Assembly (NCBI GenBank): GCA_964016885.1
Contig: OZ024741.1
Location: 166,098,001-166,162,000, forward strand
DNA length: 64,000 nucleotides
Direction: 5' to 3'
DNA from: Eledone cirrhosa
Lineage: Eukaryota
Shown here: positions 17,063 to 29,210 of the stretch, piece after piece
How positions within the stretch are numbered: position 1 is the first letter of the stretch
How the letters are laid out: each line of letters starts with the position of its first letter
Notes under the pieces: generated by a model
What the model saw: only the letters and a program-made list of their open reading frames with translations
Databases searched by the model: none
Told to the model about the DNA's origin: nothing
Made by a program: the position numbers and the translations under genes

Positions 17063-17449
17063 ACTGTTCACCTGCCAACTGTCAGAGCTAGTGAAAATAT
17101 ATGTTATTTTCAAAAATACACAGTGACTGATTGGCCTGATTTGCATATTAGCAGACTGTCTGATCAGTCAGATCTGCATATTAGCAGATCCACTGATTAG
17201 CCGGATGTGCATATCAGCAGACTGGCCAGTCAGTTTCCTGTATACGTGCGATAAATGGCCGGCTTTGCCACATTAAAAAAAAAAAAAAAAATTCATTCTA
17301 CATGGCTGAATACAATAAATGTAATCTGAGTTTTTCGAATATTACTAATAACATTCGATTTGTTTGCAATTATGCAAACAAGCCTCATTTTTATAGCCAT
17401 GTCAGTAGAATGAACCCTTCATTCTTGCTCTTGTGTTGGCATGTGAACA

Positions 17450-17505
17450 GAACTGCAGACACTAATGTTTCTGGGTATCACCCTTCATCAATTTACATGC
17501 AGTTC
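17450..17505 (-). ncRNA. Second hammerhead copy, variant core (TTGATGA)
   Basis: GAACTGCA-TGTAAA-TTGATGA-AGGGTGATACCCA-GAAACATTAGTGTC-TGCAGTTC. Confidence 0.5.
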
Positions 17506-17794
17506 TGTTTCTCTGTCTCTCTCGTTCTCTCTCCCTCTGTATATGTTTGTCTTACTACTCACTCTCGTTCATCTTTCTCCTTCACTCTCTCCCTTCTCCC
17601 TCTTGTGGTCAGTCTGCTATTATATCCACACATTTTCTCACTTTCATCACCATCTTTTTTCTTTTCTTTCACCCACATCTTTCTTCCTCCTTACATTTAC
17701 ACCTTACACCCACATACACCCGCACCAACCTCTTCCTTCTCTCCACTCTTATTTCATCTTTTTCACCACTATCACTTCCATGTCCTCCTCCTCT

Positions 17795-18320
17795 TCCACC
17801 ACCACCACCACCACCACCGCCACCGCCACAACCACCACAAGCACCACCACGACCACCACGACGACCACCACCACCACCTCTATCACCACCACCGTCACCG
17901 CCACCACCACCACAAGCACCACCACGACCACCACGACCACCACAACCACCACCACCTCTATCACCACCACCGTCACCGCCACCACCACCACAAGCACCAC
18001 CACGACCACCACGACCACCACGACCACCACGACCACCACGACCACCACAACCACCACCTCTATCACCACCACCGTCACCGCCACCACCACCACAAGCACC
18101 ACCACGACCACCACGACCACCACGACCACCACGACCACCACGACCACCACAACCACCACCTCTATCACCACCACCGTCACCACCACCACCGCCACCACCA
18201 CCACAAGCACCACCACGACCACCACCACCACTACTACCACCACTACCACCACCACCACCACCACCACCACCACAACCACCACTACCACCACCACCACCAC
18301 CACCACCACAACACCACCAT
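17795..18320. repeat. (CAC)n degenerate microsatellite with higher-order repeats
   Basis: Direct reading; CTCTATCACC marker recurs four times. Confidence 0.95.
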
Positions 18321-18731
18321 TGTTTAACACTTCACCATCTGCATTTGTCTTGTTTATTTTTTCATACACATTTGACGTGTTTTGCGTATGTTTCCTTAGT
18401 TGCTGAAGTGATTGGTTAGTGATTGTTAGGATGGCCTAAATGTTAGATTATGGCCCTGATGATGGCATAAATGTCAAGCACTAGCAATCAGAGAAGCATC
18501 TAGAAGGTCACTAGAAAGAGTTTCTCAGCCAGCTAAAAGAATTGGGTCATCATTCGTCCATCATTTATTTGTTAATACCTCACAACATTCGTTTCTAGAA
18601 AAAAGTGTTATCGAAGGTCCAATACATGTCAGCTCGTATCGCACATATGTGTGAGTGTGTATGTATGTATGTATGTATGTATGTATGTATGTATGTATGT
18701 ATGTATGTATGTATGTATGAATGTATGTATA

Positions 18732-18763
<32 letters not shown>

Positions 18764-19066
18764 CATATATATATTTATGTGTGTGTGTGTATATATATAT
18801 ATATACATGTTTATGTGTGTGTGTTTATATATATATATGTTTAAGTGTGTGTGTGTGTGTATATATATATATGTGTTTATGTGTGTGTATATATATGTGT
18901 GTGTGTGTATATATACATATATCTGTGTGTGTGTGTATATATGTGAGTATGTGTGTATGTATGTGTATATATATATATATATGTATGTATATATACATAT
19001 ATATATACATATATATATATGTATAAATGTAAATATATATATATATACATATACATACATACACAC

Positions 19067-19139
<73 letters not shown>

Positions 19140-19234
19140 AATATATATATATATACATATTTATATATATATATATATATATAAATGTATATATATATAT
19201 ATATATAAACGGAAAAAATGAAACGAAATTTCAT

Positions 19235-20020
19235 TTGGTGGTGGTGGTGGTGGTGGTGGTGGTGGTGATGGTGATGGTGGTGGTGATGGTGGTGGTGATG
19301 GTGGTGGTGATGGTGATAGTAGTGGTGATAGTGGTGGTGATAGTGGTGATGGTGGTGGTGATGGTGGTAGTGGTGGTGGTCATGATAGTGGTGGTGGTGG
19401 TGATGGTGATACTGGTGGTGGTGGTGATGGTGATAGTAGTGGTGATAGTGGTGGTGATAGTGGTGATGGTGGTGGTGATGGTGATGGTGATGGTGATGGT
19501 GATGGTGGCATTGTTGTTATTGTTGATAGTGTTGTTAGTGATGGTGATAGTGATTGTGGTGGTGATGGTGATGGTGGTGGTGATAGTGGCGGTGATAGTG
19601 GTGGTGGTGGTTGGTGGTGGTGGTGATGGTGGTGGTGGTGATGGTGATGGTTGTGATGGTGGTGGTGATAGTGGTGGTGGTGGTTGGTGGTGGTGGTGAT
19701 GGTGGTGGTGGCGATGGTGATGGTGATGGTGATGGTGGCATTGTTATTATTGTTGATAGTGTTGTTGGTGATGGTGATAGTGATGGTGGTGGTGATGGTG
19801 GTGGTGGTGGTAGTGGTGATGATGGTGATGGTGAAGGTTGTGGTGAGAGTTGTGTTGTCGTTGTAGCTATTCTGGTCGGTATTGGTGATGTTGCTGTTGT
19901 TGACGTTGCTGTTGTTAGTGTTGTTATTATTTTTGCTGTTATTGGTGGTGGTGGTGTTTGTGTTGTTGTTGTTGTTGATGGTGCCGTTGTTGTTGGTAGT
20001 GATGGTAGTGGTGGTGTCGC
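19235..20020. repeat. (GGT/GAT)n low-complexity tract
   Basis: Direct reading. Confidence 0.95.
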
Positions 20021-20204
20021 TGTTTTTGACGGAATCTGTTTCAAGCTCGCCTATAATTCAAAGAGCTAGCCTTGTCACACACTGTTTCAAACAATGAAGG
20101 GAGTTAAGGGTACACGTGTCTTTGGAATGCTCAGTCACTTACACGTTAATCTCATGCGTAGGCTGTTCTGTTGATCTAAAAACTGGATCAATCATCGTCT
20201 AGAC

Positions 20205-20538
20205 CAGACATTCTCAAAGTGGGTACTACCATCCCCCGGGTGGCATTGTGAAGGTCCAGGGGTACTGGGGCCTAAGGAGGCACAGAGGGGTGGTAGAGAT
20301 GATATAATAGTATATTAAACATTATATATAAATATAGTAAAATAAAAAATATATAATATTAATTTATACATAGTATATATTATATTATTTATTATATATA
20401 AATTTAGGATTTTATTTATTAGGAATTATTTACAATTAGTGTGTAGACAGGTCTCTCTGGAAATAGGTTTTGGGGGCGCTGAGGGTATTGAGTGACCGTG
20501 AGGGGGGGGGGGGGCTCTAGAAAGTTTAAGAACCTCTG
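20205..20538. mobile_element. hAT (Charlie-like) MITE
   Basis: Imperfect TIRs CAGACATTCTCAAAGT / AGTTTAAGAACCTCTG and exact 8-bp TSD GTCTAGAC (20197-20204, 20539-20546). Confidence 0.88.
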
Positions 20539-20774
20539 GTCTAGACCAACGAAGGTCCGATCCAATCCCATTCAAAGGAAGCAAGATTGCATAATAGATT
20601 TCTGGTTTCTTAAACTATGAGCCGTATTTATCACAGTTATGTCCATTTTTTGTAGTTACATTTTGGTAAGGAGGTGAAGAGAATGTGTGATTTTAATCGG
20701 CTTATAAGCCGATTAAAATCACACATTCTTTAAAATGCATCTTTTTAAAGAGCTGCAACTTTTGTTTTTATTAA

Positions 20775-21380
20775 TAATTGTTTCTACTTTTGGCACAAGG
20801 CCAGCAATTATCCAGTGCATTACTGATGCCTTATTTTATCGACTCCGTAAGGATGAAAGGCAAATTTAACCTCGGACGGCGGGATTTGAACTCACACAGT
20901 AAAAGATTATAACTCTATGTTGCAAAGCATGGCGTCCGACCCTCTACCAACACTGCCAATCTACCGGCCTTTTTTAAATTTTTATTAATAATTGTTTCTA
21001 CTTTGGCATAAGGCCAGCAATTACCCAGTACATTACTGATACTTTATTTTATCGACCCCGTAAGGATGAAAGGCAAAGTTAACCTCAGCGGGATTTGAAC
21101 TCAGATCGTAAAAGGACGTAACTACGCTGGAAAGCATGTCTGACCCTCTACCAATACTGCCAATAATGGTTTCTTATATAGGCACAAGGCCAGCATTTTG
21201 GGAGGAGAGGAAAGTCGATTAAATCGACCCAGTGCGTGACTCGTACTTTATTTTACCGACCCCGTAAGGGTGAAAGGAAAATTTAACCTCTGCGGGATTT
21301 GAACTCACACAGTAAAGGACCATAACTATGTTGCAAAGCATGGTGTCCGACCCTCTACCGATACTGCCAATCTACCGCGC
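20775..21380 (-). mobile_element. Three tandem family-1 SINE copies
   Basis: ~20775-20970, ~20990-21162, ~21165-21380. Confidence 0.85.
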
Positions 21381-22266
21381 TATTTTTTTATTTTATTAAT
21401 AATCCCTGCAAATAATGGTTGTGATTCCTGTAATCAGCATTCAAAACTGCATTCGTGCAGAAATTTACAATATATTTGTAAAAAAAAAAAAATTAGTTCG
21501 TCAAACGGGAGAAATATCCGAATAATACATTAAGACGGGATTCCACTACCACCACCTCTACCTCATTACCCCTTCCACCGTTAATGCCTTCGCCACCACT
21601 ACATCCACCGCAACCATAAGACTCCATCCCGTCCATTTACACATCCGTCTGTTTGTTTTTTCAAAGCACTATCCCATCATCTTCACCGTTGTAAATATAT
21701 ATATATATATAGTGGTAGAACACTGGAAGGTAATATCTGTAGTGGTAGAGCAACAGCAACTACCTCCACCACCACCACCACCACCACCACCACCACCACC
21801 ACCATCAACACCACCACCACTACCACAAACAAAACCACCACCACCAACCACAATAATAGTAAACTTTTCAACAAATAAAGAAAATATCCTTCGGTTTTTG
21901 TTTGTTTCAGTAATGTCGGTGCTATTAATTGTTGCTGTGAGGCAGACATATTACATACTTTGTGAGAGAAGAAAAAGAGCGGAGTAAAGATTATAAAACA
22001 ACTTGGTGAAATTATCTGAAAACAAAATATTCCAAGATGGCCACCACAGACACGTTGAAAAAAAAATGGCAACATTGGTTTTTGGATTCAGTATGTCCTA
22101 AAGTTTTCGAAAATGTCCTAAAGTTTTAGAAATCTGAACGAAAGTAGCAATCGTTAGATTATGAACTTGACTAAAAGACTTATGGGGGAGAATTGGTAGA
22201 AATTGAGACATAAAGCAAGAAAACAAACAAGAGAGTAGAAGACATTTTTGTTAAACTTTTATTCTA

Positions 22267-23088
22267 CATCGTTATCATTGACATCGTCATCATTGACATC
22301 GTCATCGTTATCATTGACATCGTCATCGTTATCATTGACATCGTCATCGTTATCATTGACATCGTCATCATTGACATCGTCATAATTGACATCGTCATCA
22401 TTGACATCGTCATAATTGACATCGTCATCGTTATCATTGAAATCGTCATCATCACCATCATCATCGTTATCATTGATATCGTCATCATCATCATCATCAT
22501 CGTTATCATTGACATCGTTATCATTGACATCGTCATCATCACCATCATCATCGTTATCATTGACATCGTCATCATCACCATCATCATCGTCATCATTGAC
22601 ATCGTCATCATCACCCCCATCGTTATCATTATCATCATCATCATCATCATCATTATCATCATCGTTATTATCATCATCATCATCAACATCATCGACATCA
22701 TCGTCGTCGTCGTCGTCGCCATCGTTGTCATCGTTATCATCATCATCATCATCATCGTCATCGTCATCGTCGTCATCGTCATCGTCGTCATCATCACCAT
22801 TGTCATCATCATCATCATCATCCCATCACCATCACCATCACCATCATCATCATCATCATCCTTGTCATCACCATTGACATCATCATCGTCGTCGTCATCG
22901 TCATCATCGTTGACATAATTGTTATCATCATCATCATCATCATTATCGCCATCACCATTGTCATCACCATCGTCAACATCACCATCGTCATCACCATCGT
23001 CATCACCCTTTATCGTTATCGTCATAATCATCATCATCGATATTACTAATGTCATCGTCGTCGTCGTCATCATCGTCATCATCCTTAA
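22267..23088. repeat. (CAT/CGT)n degenerate microsatellite
   Basis: Direct reading. Confidence 0.95.
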
Positions 23089-24790
23089 CATTGTCGTGTC
23101 ATAGTCATCATCATCATAGTCATCATCCTTATCATTGTCGTGTCATAGTCATCATCATCATAGTCATCATCATAAACATTGTCGTGCCATAGTCATCATC
23201 ATCATAGTCATCATCATAAACATTGTCGTGTCATAGTCATCATCATCATAGTCATCATCCTTATCATTGTCGTGTCATAGTCATCATCATCATAGTCATC
23301 ATCATAAACATTGTCGTGTCATAGTCATCATCATCATAGTCATCATCATAAACATTGTCGTGTCATAGTCATCATCATCATAGTCATCATCATAATCATT
23401 GTCGTGTCATAGTCATCATCATCATAGTCATCATCATAAACATTGTCGTGTCATAGTCATCATCATCATAGTCATCATCATAAACATTGTCGTGTCATAG
23501 TCATCATCATCATAGTCATCATCATAAACATTGTCGTGTCATAGTCATCATCATCATAGTCATCATCATAATCAGTGTCGTGTCATAGTCATCATCATCA
23601 TAGTCATCATCATAAACATTGTCGTGTCATAGTCATCATCATCATAGTCATCATCATAAACATTGTCGTATCATAGTCATCATCATAGTCATCATCATAA
23701 TAATTGTCGTGTCATAGTCATCATCATCATAGTCATCATCATAAACATTGTCGTGTCATAGTCATCATCATCATAGTCATCATCATAAACATTGTCGTCT
23801 CATAGTCATCATCATCATAGTCATCATCATAAACATTGTCGTGTCATAGTCATCATCATCATAGTCATCATCATAATCAGTGTCGTGTCATAGTCATCAT
23901 CATCATAGTCATCATCATAAACATTGTCGTGTCATAGTCATCATCATAGTCATCATCATAATAATTGTCGTGTCATAGTCATCATCATCATAGTCATCAT
24001 CATAATCATTGTCGTGTCATAGTCATCATCATCATAGTCATCATCCTTATCATTGTCGTGTCATAGTCATTATCATCATAGTCATCATCATAAACATTGT
24101 CGTGTCATAGTCATCATCATCATAGTCATCATCATAATCATTGTCGTGTCATAGTCATCATCATCATAGTCATCATCATAAACATTGTCGTGTCATAGTC
24201 ATCATCATCATAGTCATCATCATAAACATTGTCGTGTCATAGTCATCATCATCATAGTCATCATCATAAACATTGTCGTGTCATAGTCATCATCATCATA
24301 GTCATCATCATAATCAGTGTCGTGTCATAGTCATCATCATCATAGTCATCATCATAAACATTGTCGTGTCATAGTCATCATCATAGTCATCATCATAATC
24401 AGTGTCGTGTCATAGTCATCATCATCATAGTCATCATCATAAACATTGTCGTGTCATAGTCATCATCATCATAGTCATCATCATAAACATTGTCCTGTCA
24501 TAGTCATCATCATCATAGTCATCATCATAATCAGTGTCGTGTCATAGTCATCATCATCATAGTCATCATCATAAACATTGTCGTGTCATAGTCATCATCA
24601 TCATAGTCATCATCCTTATCATTGTCGTGTCATAGTCATCATCATCATAGTCATCATCCTTATCATTGTCGTGTCATAGTCATCATCATCATAGACATCA
24701 TCATAATCATTGTCGTGTCATAGTCATCATCATCATAGTCATCATCCTTATCATTGTCGTGTCATAGTCATCATCATAATCATCATTATC
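23089..24790. repeat. 44-bp minisatellite, ~38 copies
   Basis: Unit CATTGTCGTGTCATAGTCATCATCATCATAGTCATCATCATAAA, with 41-bp variants. Confidence 0.95.
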
Positions 24791-24913
24791 AACATTGCCA
24801 TTGTCGTCAAATGTGTCTGTGTGGTTTTTTAGAGTATGTGTGTATGTGTGTATGTGTGTATGTGTGTATGTGTGTAAGTGTGTGTGTGTATGTATGTGTG
24901 TGTGTGTGTATGC

Positions 24914-24946
<33 letters not shown>

Positions 24947-24954
24947 TGTCTGTG

Positions 24955-25419
24955 TGTGTGTAAGTGGTGTGTGCGTGTGTTTGTGTGAATGTGGTGTTTA
25001 GTTGTATATATGACTATCTGTGTGTATATGTGTGTGTATGTGTGTGTGTGTGTAAGTGCTATGTGTGTGTTTGTGTGAATGTGGTGTTTAGTTGTATATA
25101 TGACTATCTGTGTGTATATGTGTGTGTATGTGTGTGCGTGTGTGTGTGTGTAAGTGGTGTGTGTGTGTTTGTGTGAATGTGGTGTTTAGTTGTATATATG
25201 ACTATCTGTGTGTATATGTGTGTGTATGTGTGTCTGTGTGTGTGTGTGTATAAGTGGTGTGTGTGTGTTTGTGTGAATGTGGTGTTTAGTTGTATATATT
25301 ACTGTCTGTGTGTATATGTGTGTGTATGTGTGTGTGTGTGTGTGTGTGTGTAAGTGCTATGTGTGTGTTTGTGTGAATGTGGTGTTTAGTTGTATATATG
25401 ACTATCCGTGTGTATGTGT

Positions 25420-25454
<35 letters not shown>

Positions 25455-25887
25455 TGGTGTGTGTGTGTTCGTGTGAATGTGGTGTTTAGTTGTATATATG
25501 ACAATCTGCGTGTATATGTGTGTGTATGTGTGTGTATGTGTGTGTGTGTAAGTGGTGTGTGTGTGTTTGTGTGAATGTGTGTTTAGTTGTATATATGACT
25601 ATCTGTGTGTATATGTGTGTGTATGTGTGTGTGTGTGTGTAAGTGGTGTGTATGTGTTTGTGTGAATGTGGTGTTTAGTTGTATATATGACTATCTGTGT
25701 GTGTATGTGTGTGTATGTGGGTGTGTGTGTAAGTGGTGTGTGTGTGTTTGTGTGAATGTGGTGTTTAGTTGTATATATGACTATCTGTGTGTATATGTGT
25801 GTGTATGTGTGTGCGTGTGTGTGTGTGTAAGTGGTGTGTGTGTGTGTGTGTGTGTGAATGTGGTGCTTAGTTGTATATATGACTATC

Positions 25888-25930
<43 letters not shown>

Positions 25931-26240
25931 GTGGTGTGTGTGTGTTTGTGTGAATGTGGTGTTTAGTTGTATATATGACTATCTGTGTGTATATGTGTCT
26001 GTATGTGTGTGTGTGTGAATGTGGTGTTTAGTTGTATATATGACTATCTGTGTGTATATGTGTGTGTATGTGTGTGTGTGTGTGTGTAAGTGGTGTGTGT
26101 GTGTTTGTGTAAATGTGGTGTTTAGTTGTATATATGAATATCTGTGTGTATATGTGTGTGTATGTATGTGTGTAAGTGGTGTGTGTGTGTTTGTGTGAAT
26201 GTGGTGTTTAGTTGTATATATGACTATCTGTGTGTATGTG
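24955..26240. repeat. ~90-100-bp (TG)-rich minisatellite, ~14 copies
   Basis: Recurring GTAAGTGG(TG)nTTTGTGTGAATGTGGTGTTTAGTTGTATATATGACTATC. Confidence 0.92.
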
Positions 26241-26384
26241 AGTGTTTGTGTATAGTATACGTGTATACGCGCACATTCCTGTGAGTTGTGTATGACAGCG
26301 TTTCAGTTTCAATACAGAGCAAATCATTTGCCAAACACATACAGCTCGGAAATCTCACTCTATCTATCTATCTACAGGACAGAT

Positions 26385-26787
26385 GCCTTTCTCTCCGGAC
26401 AACAATTGATTCCCTTCTTAAGTATCACTTTAGAAGGAGAATCAGAGTGGGGAGAGAGGCACTGCACCCCAGTAAATTTACTGAAAGGTGGGTGAATGAA
26501 GCGAAAATGGCCCGAGTGATTGGGCCTTCTCCTTATATAAGCCTGCAGGTTAAAGAAGAGAGCAAAAGGAAGAAGGGAGCACTTGCACAACACGCTTCTG
26601 AAGTTGAGCGTTGTTCTATCGACGGGGTATTAAACAACCCATTTGTGACGCCTCCCCCCTATTGGGGATTTCGATTGTTATAATTGTTTGTTTCAATATT
26701 TTTACACGACTGTATGTAAAATCCCCGGCATATGTCTTTGTATTGTCCCCTTTTCTTGTGCGCCCTTGTGGCAATATAAAGAAATAT
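26385..26787 (+). mobile_element. 5'-truncated Tx1-type LINE 3' fragment
   Basis: KYHFRRRIRVGREALHPSKFTERWVNEAKMARVIGPSPYI matches the ORF2 C-terminus at ~32400-32537; ends GTGGCAATATAAAGAAAT. Confidence 0.85.
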
Positions 26788-27369
26788 ATCTACCATATAT
26801 ATCTACTTTTCTTTGCATTCAGTGACAATTGGCAGATAGAGACTAACTCAGCTATGAGTACATCAAAATACACTCTTGACAGGTGCAATATCTCCGAATA
26901 CGGAAGAGCCGAACTCCCACCGTCATCGCCCCCATCTCTCTCGCCCTCCCATATCTCTGTATAGTGAGAAAATGGAATCCCTCGTTCTGGCCGCCCCACA
27001 GCCCCAGCGGACAAAATGGAGAAGGCGTTTCTCCGGAGGATGGTAAGGAAGATGCGCTGGAAGAGACATCTACTTACCTAAATAAAAAATAAATAAAAAA
27101 TAAAATTGTCTATCTAACTATCTACCAATCTACCAATCTATTTACCTATCTATCTATCTATCTATCTTGATAGAGTAAGACACGCTTCGCATCGGCTCCG
27201 CTATTCCATCGGGATTTACCCTTACTATTGTAAGTACCGGATAAATTTTTTAGTGCAACACATTTGGAACACTAACCCCTGTTATTTAGGGAAACATTTT
27301 TGCATTTACCCCCTTTTTAGGGGGTAAAATAAATATCTATTTTTGCCGAAAAATTTCTTTCTTGGCAGC

Positions 27370-29205
27370 ATGGCGGAAAAGATGGCAGACATGTCTGCCA
27401 TTAGCTCTGCCACGCCCCTCAAGTCTGAAGAACAAAAAATAATTACAACAAAATTAAACATTGAAACAAACAAACAAAATGAAAAAACAAATGTTAAGGA
27501 AAATGAGCAAACAGAAAACAAACAAACAGAAAATAATACAAATAACGACAGGGCAACTTTCGCCCAGAAAACAAAACAATCCATTACATACACACCAATT
27601 GACCTAACTGCCGCCAGAGAAAAACTGGCCGAAGCAAAGAAACACATTGTTTTGGGGGAGAACGGAATGTTTTCCATTAACTCCCCCCCAGAATTCAAGA
27701 AAGCCAGAGCAGAAAACACAGTTCTATACAGAACTATACTGAACCAGACAAGAAAGCCAGCACAGCCCAGCCAAATGGAAATAGAGTTAGTCCTAAAAGA
27801 CTATATGAAGAATATTCTCTTCATACGAAAGGACCGACTCTATGGCAGCATTTCGGTCCTAACAAGAGACAAAGAAACGGCGGAGAAGCTTTCCCTAAGC
27901 CCACTCTCGTCGACAACATATAGCTTCTATCCCTCCTACATGGGTAGAAGAACACAGAGAGTAAAAGTAAAAACAATGCTGCCCACAATGGACTTCTGGT
28001 GGGCTATTGCTGGCTTCATTGATATGGGCGAAGACACTATGCTGTCAATGGGGAAGGCAACTGGAGATGCGTTCCTGGGAATGGGCCTCGACATACTAGT
28101 CCAAATGAGGCCCGAAAGAATAGCACAAATCCCGGATCGCATCTGGCTGGATGACCTTACCCCAATAGACATAATTGTAGAGGGGAGAAGACCAGCATGC
28201 TATTTATGCATGGAAAGGGGACACGTTAAGGCTAACTGCCCGAAACGTATCCCCCAAAAAGGACTATTGCCCACACCCACCACAAACAGTACACCAGCAC
28301 CACCCACCTCCAAAAATACGCTAATACCACACACAGCAAACAAAATACAGACACCACCAACCACAAACACAACACAAACATCACCACCACCAGCACCAAA
28401 CACAAGCACGACACAAAAATCACCACCACCAACCACAACACAAACATCACCACCACCATCACCAACCACAAGCACGACACAAACATTACCACCACCACCA
28501 CCACAAAACCCATTCCAAACAAATAATAAAAAAAACAGTAACAAATCTACCCCTACCGCAAAAAAAAAACAACCACACAACACGTCCCTCCCACCTAGCG
28601 CTGAAGAGTTTCCCCCAACTTCTGAAGAAGAAGGAGGAGAAGCCTTCAGACAAGTTAAAAGAAAAAAAAGAAAACACACACCCAGCACACCACAAATAAC
28701 CCACACACAAACACCAACTCCAATCAAAAACACCCCACCCTCAACAAACAAAAATAAATCTGCGCCTCCCCTCTCCGAAACATTGACAGCATCACAAAAA
28801 AAGACGTTGCAATACACATATATAAATAAAGAAAACAAAAAACTGGTTAAATTAATAAACAATAACCCTATGGTGCAGACCGAAGGGCCAAACTTTATCT
28901 CAACAGAGAACTTCACCCATTTAAAAATGATAAAGGTCCCTCTGGACCTTTATCGTTCCTTAAAAGAACAATTTAGACGGGACGTGAGCCCCCCCTGTTT
29001 AAAACCGTTGAATCGCGTCCTCTTGAAAGATTTCCCCATAACCGCCCCTCTCCCTGACACAACTCCAAATACCCCAACCCCACCACACACGTGTACCCCC
29101 ACACCACCACAAAACATCCCTCCACCCAACACACCTGATGCCATGGAAATTACGCAACCCGGAGAGGTAAGTGCTTTTCTTTCTTCACTTTCAACACCAA
29201 AATAG
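27370..29205 (+). CDS. Tx1 ORF1p, gag-like CCHC zinc-knuckle protein
   Basis: First ATG 27370; VEGRRPACYLCMERGHVKANC (CX2CX4HX4C); Pro/Thr-rich tail. Confidence 0.85.
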   Translation: MAEKMADMSAISSATPLKSEEQKIITTKLNIETNKQNEKTNVKENEQTENKQTENNTNNDRATFAQKTKQSITYTPIDLTAAREKLAEAKKHIVLGENGMFSINSPPEFKKARAENTVLYRTILNQTRKPAQPSQMEIELVLKDYMKNILFIRKDRLYGSISVLTRDKETAEKLSLSPLSSTTYSFYPSYMGRRTQRVKVKTMLPTMDFWWAIAGFIDMGEDTMLSMGKATGDAFLGMGLDILVQMRPERIAQIPDRIWLDDLTPIDIIVEGRRPACYLCMERGHVKANCPKRIPQKGLLPTPTTNSTPAPPTSKNTLIPHTANKIQTPPTTNTTQTSPPPAPNTSTTQKSPPPTTTQTSPPPSPTTSTTQTLPPPPPQNPFQTNNKKNSNKSTPTAKKKQPHNTSLPPSAEEFPPTSEEEGGEAFRQVKRKKRKHTPSTPQITHTQTPTPIKNTPPSTNKNKSAPPLSETLTASQKKTLQYTYINKENKKLVKLINNNPMVQTEGPNFISTENFTHLKMIKVPLDLYRSLKEQFRRDVSPPCLKPLNRVLLKDFPITAPLPDTTPNTPTPPHTCTPTPPQNIPPPNTPDAMEITQPGEVSAFLSSLSTPK

Positions 29206-29210
29206 ATCAA

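Larger units (their letters stand above)
16880..17505 (-). mobile_element. Direct-repeat element with a hammerhead in each repeat (retrozyme or tandem pLTR)
   Basis: ~16880-17062 repeated at ~17316-17505, offset 437 nt at the ribozyme. Confidence 0.7.

Noticed and set aside
17302-18419. Long His-, Thr- or Pro-rich ORFs
   Set aside because: All frames are open because of (CAC)n; no coding complexity
18455-18485. Hammerhead-like CTGATGA-TGGCAT..ATGTCA
   Set aside because: GAAA and stems I/III missing; at best a relic
23089-24790. CRISPR-like regular array
   Set aside because: No unique spacers, no cas genes, eukaryotic context
29167-29205. 39-nt mini-intron fusing ORF1 to ORF2
   Set aside because: Splice product hits TGA after two codons and is not in the ORF2 frame
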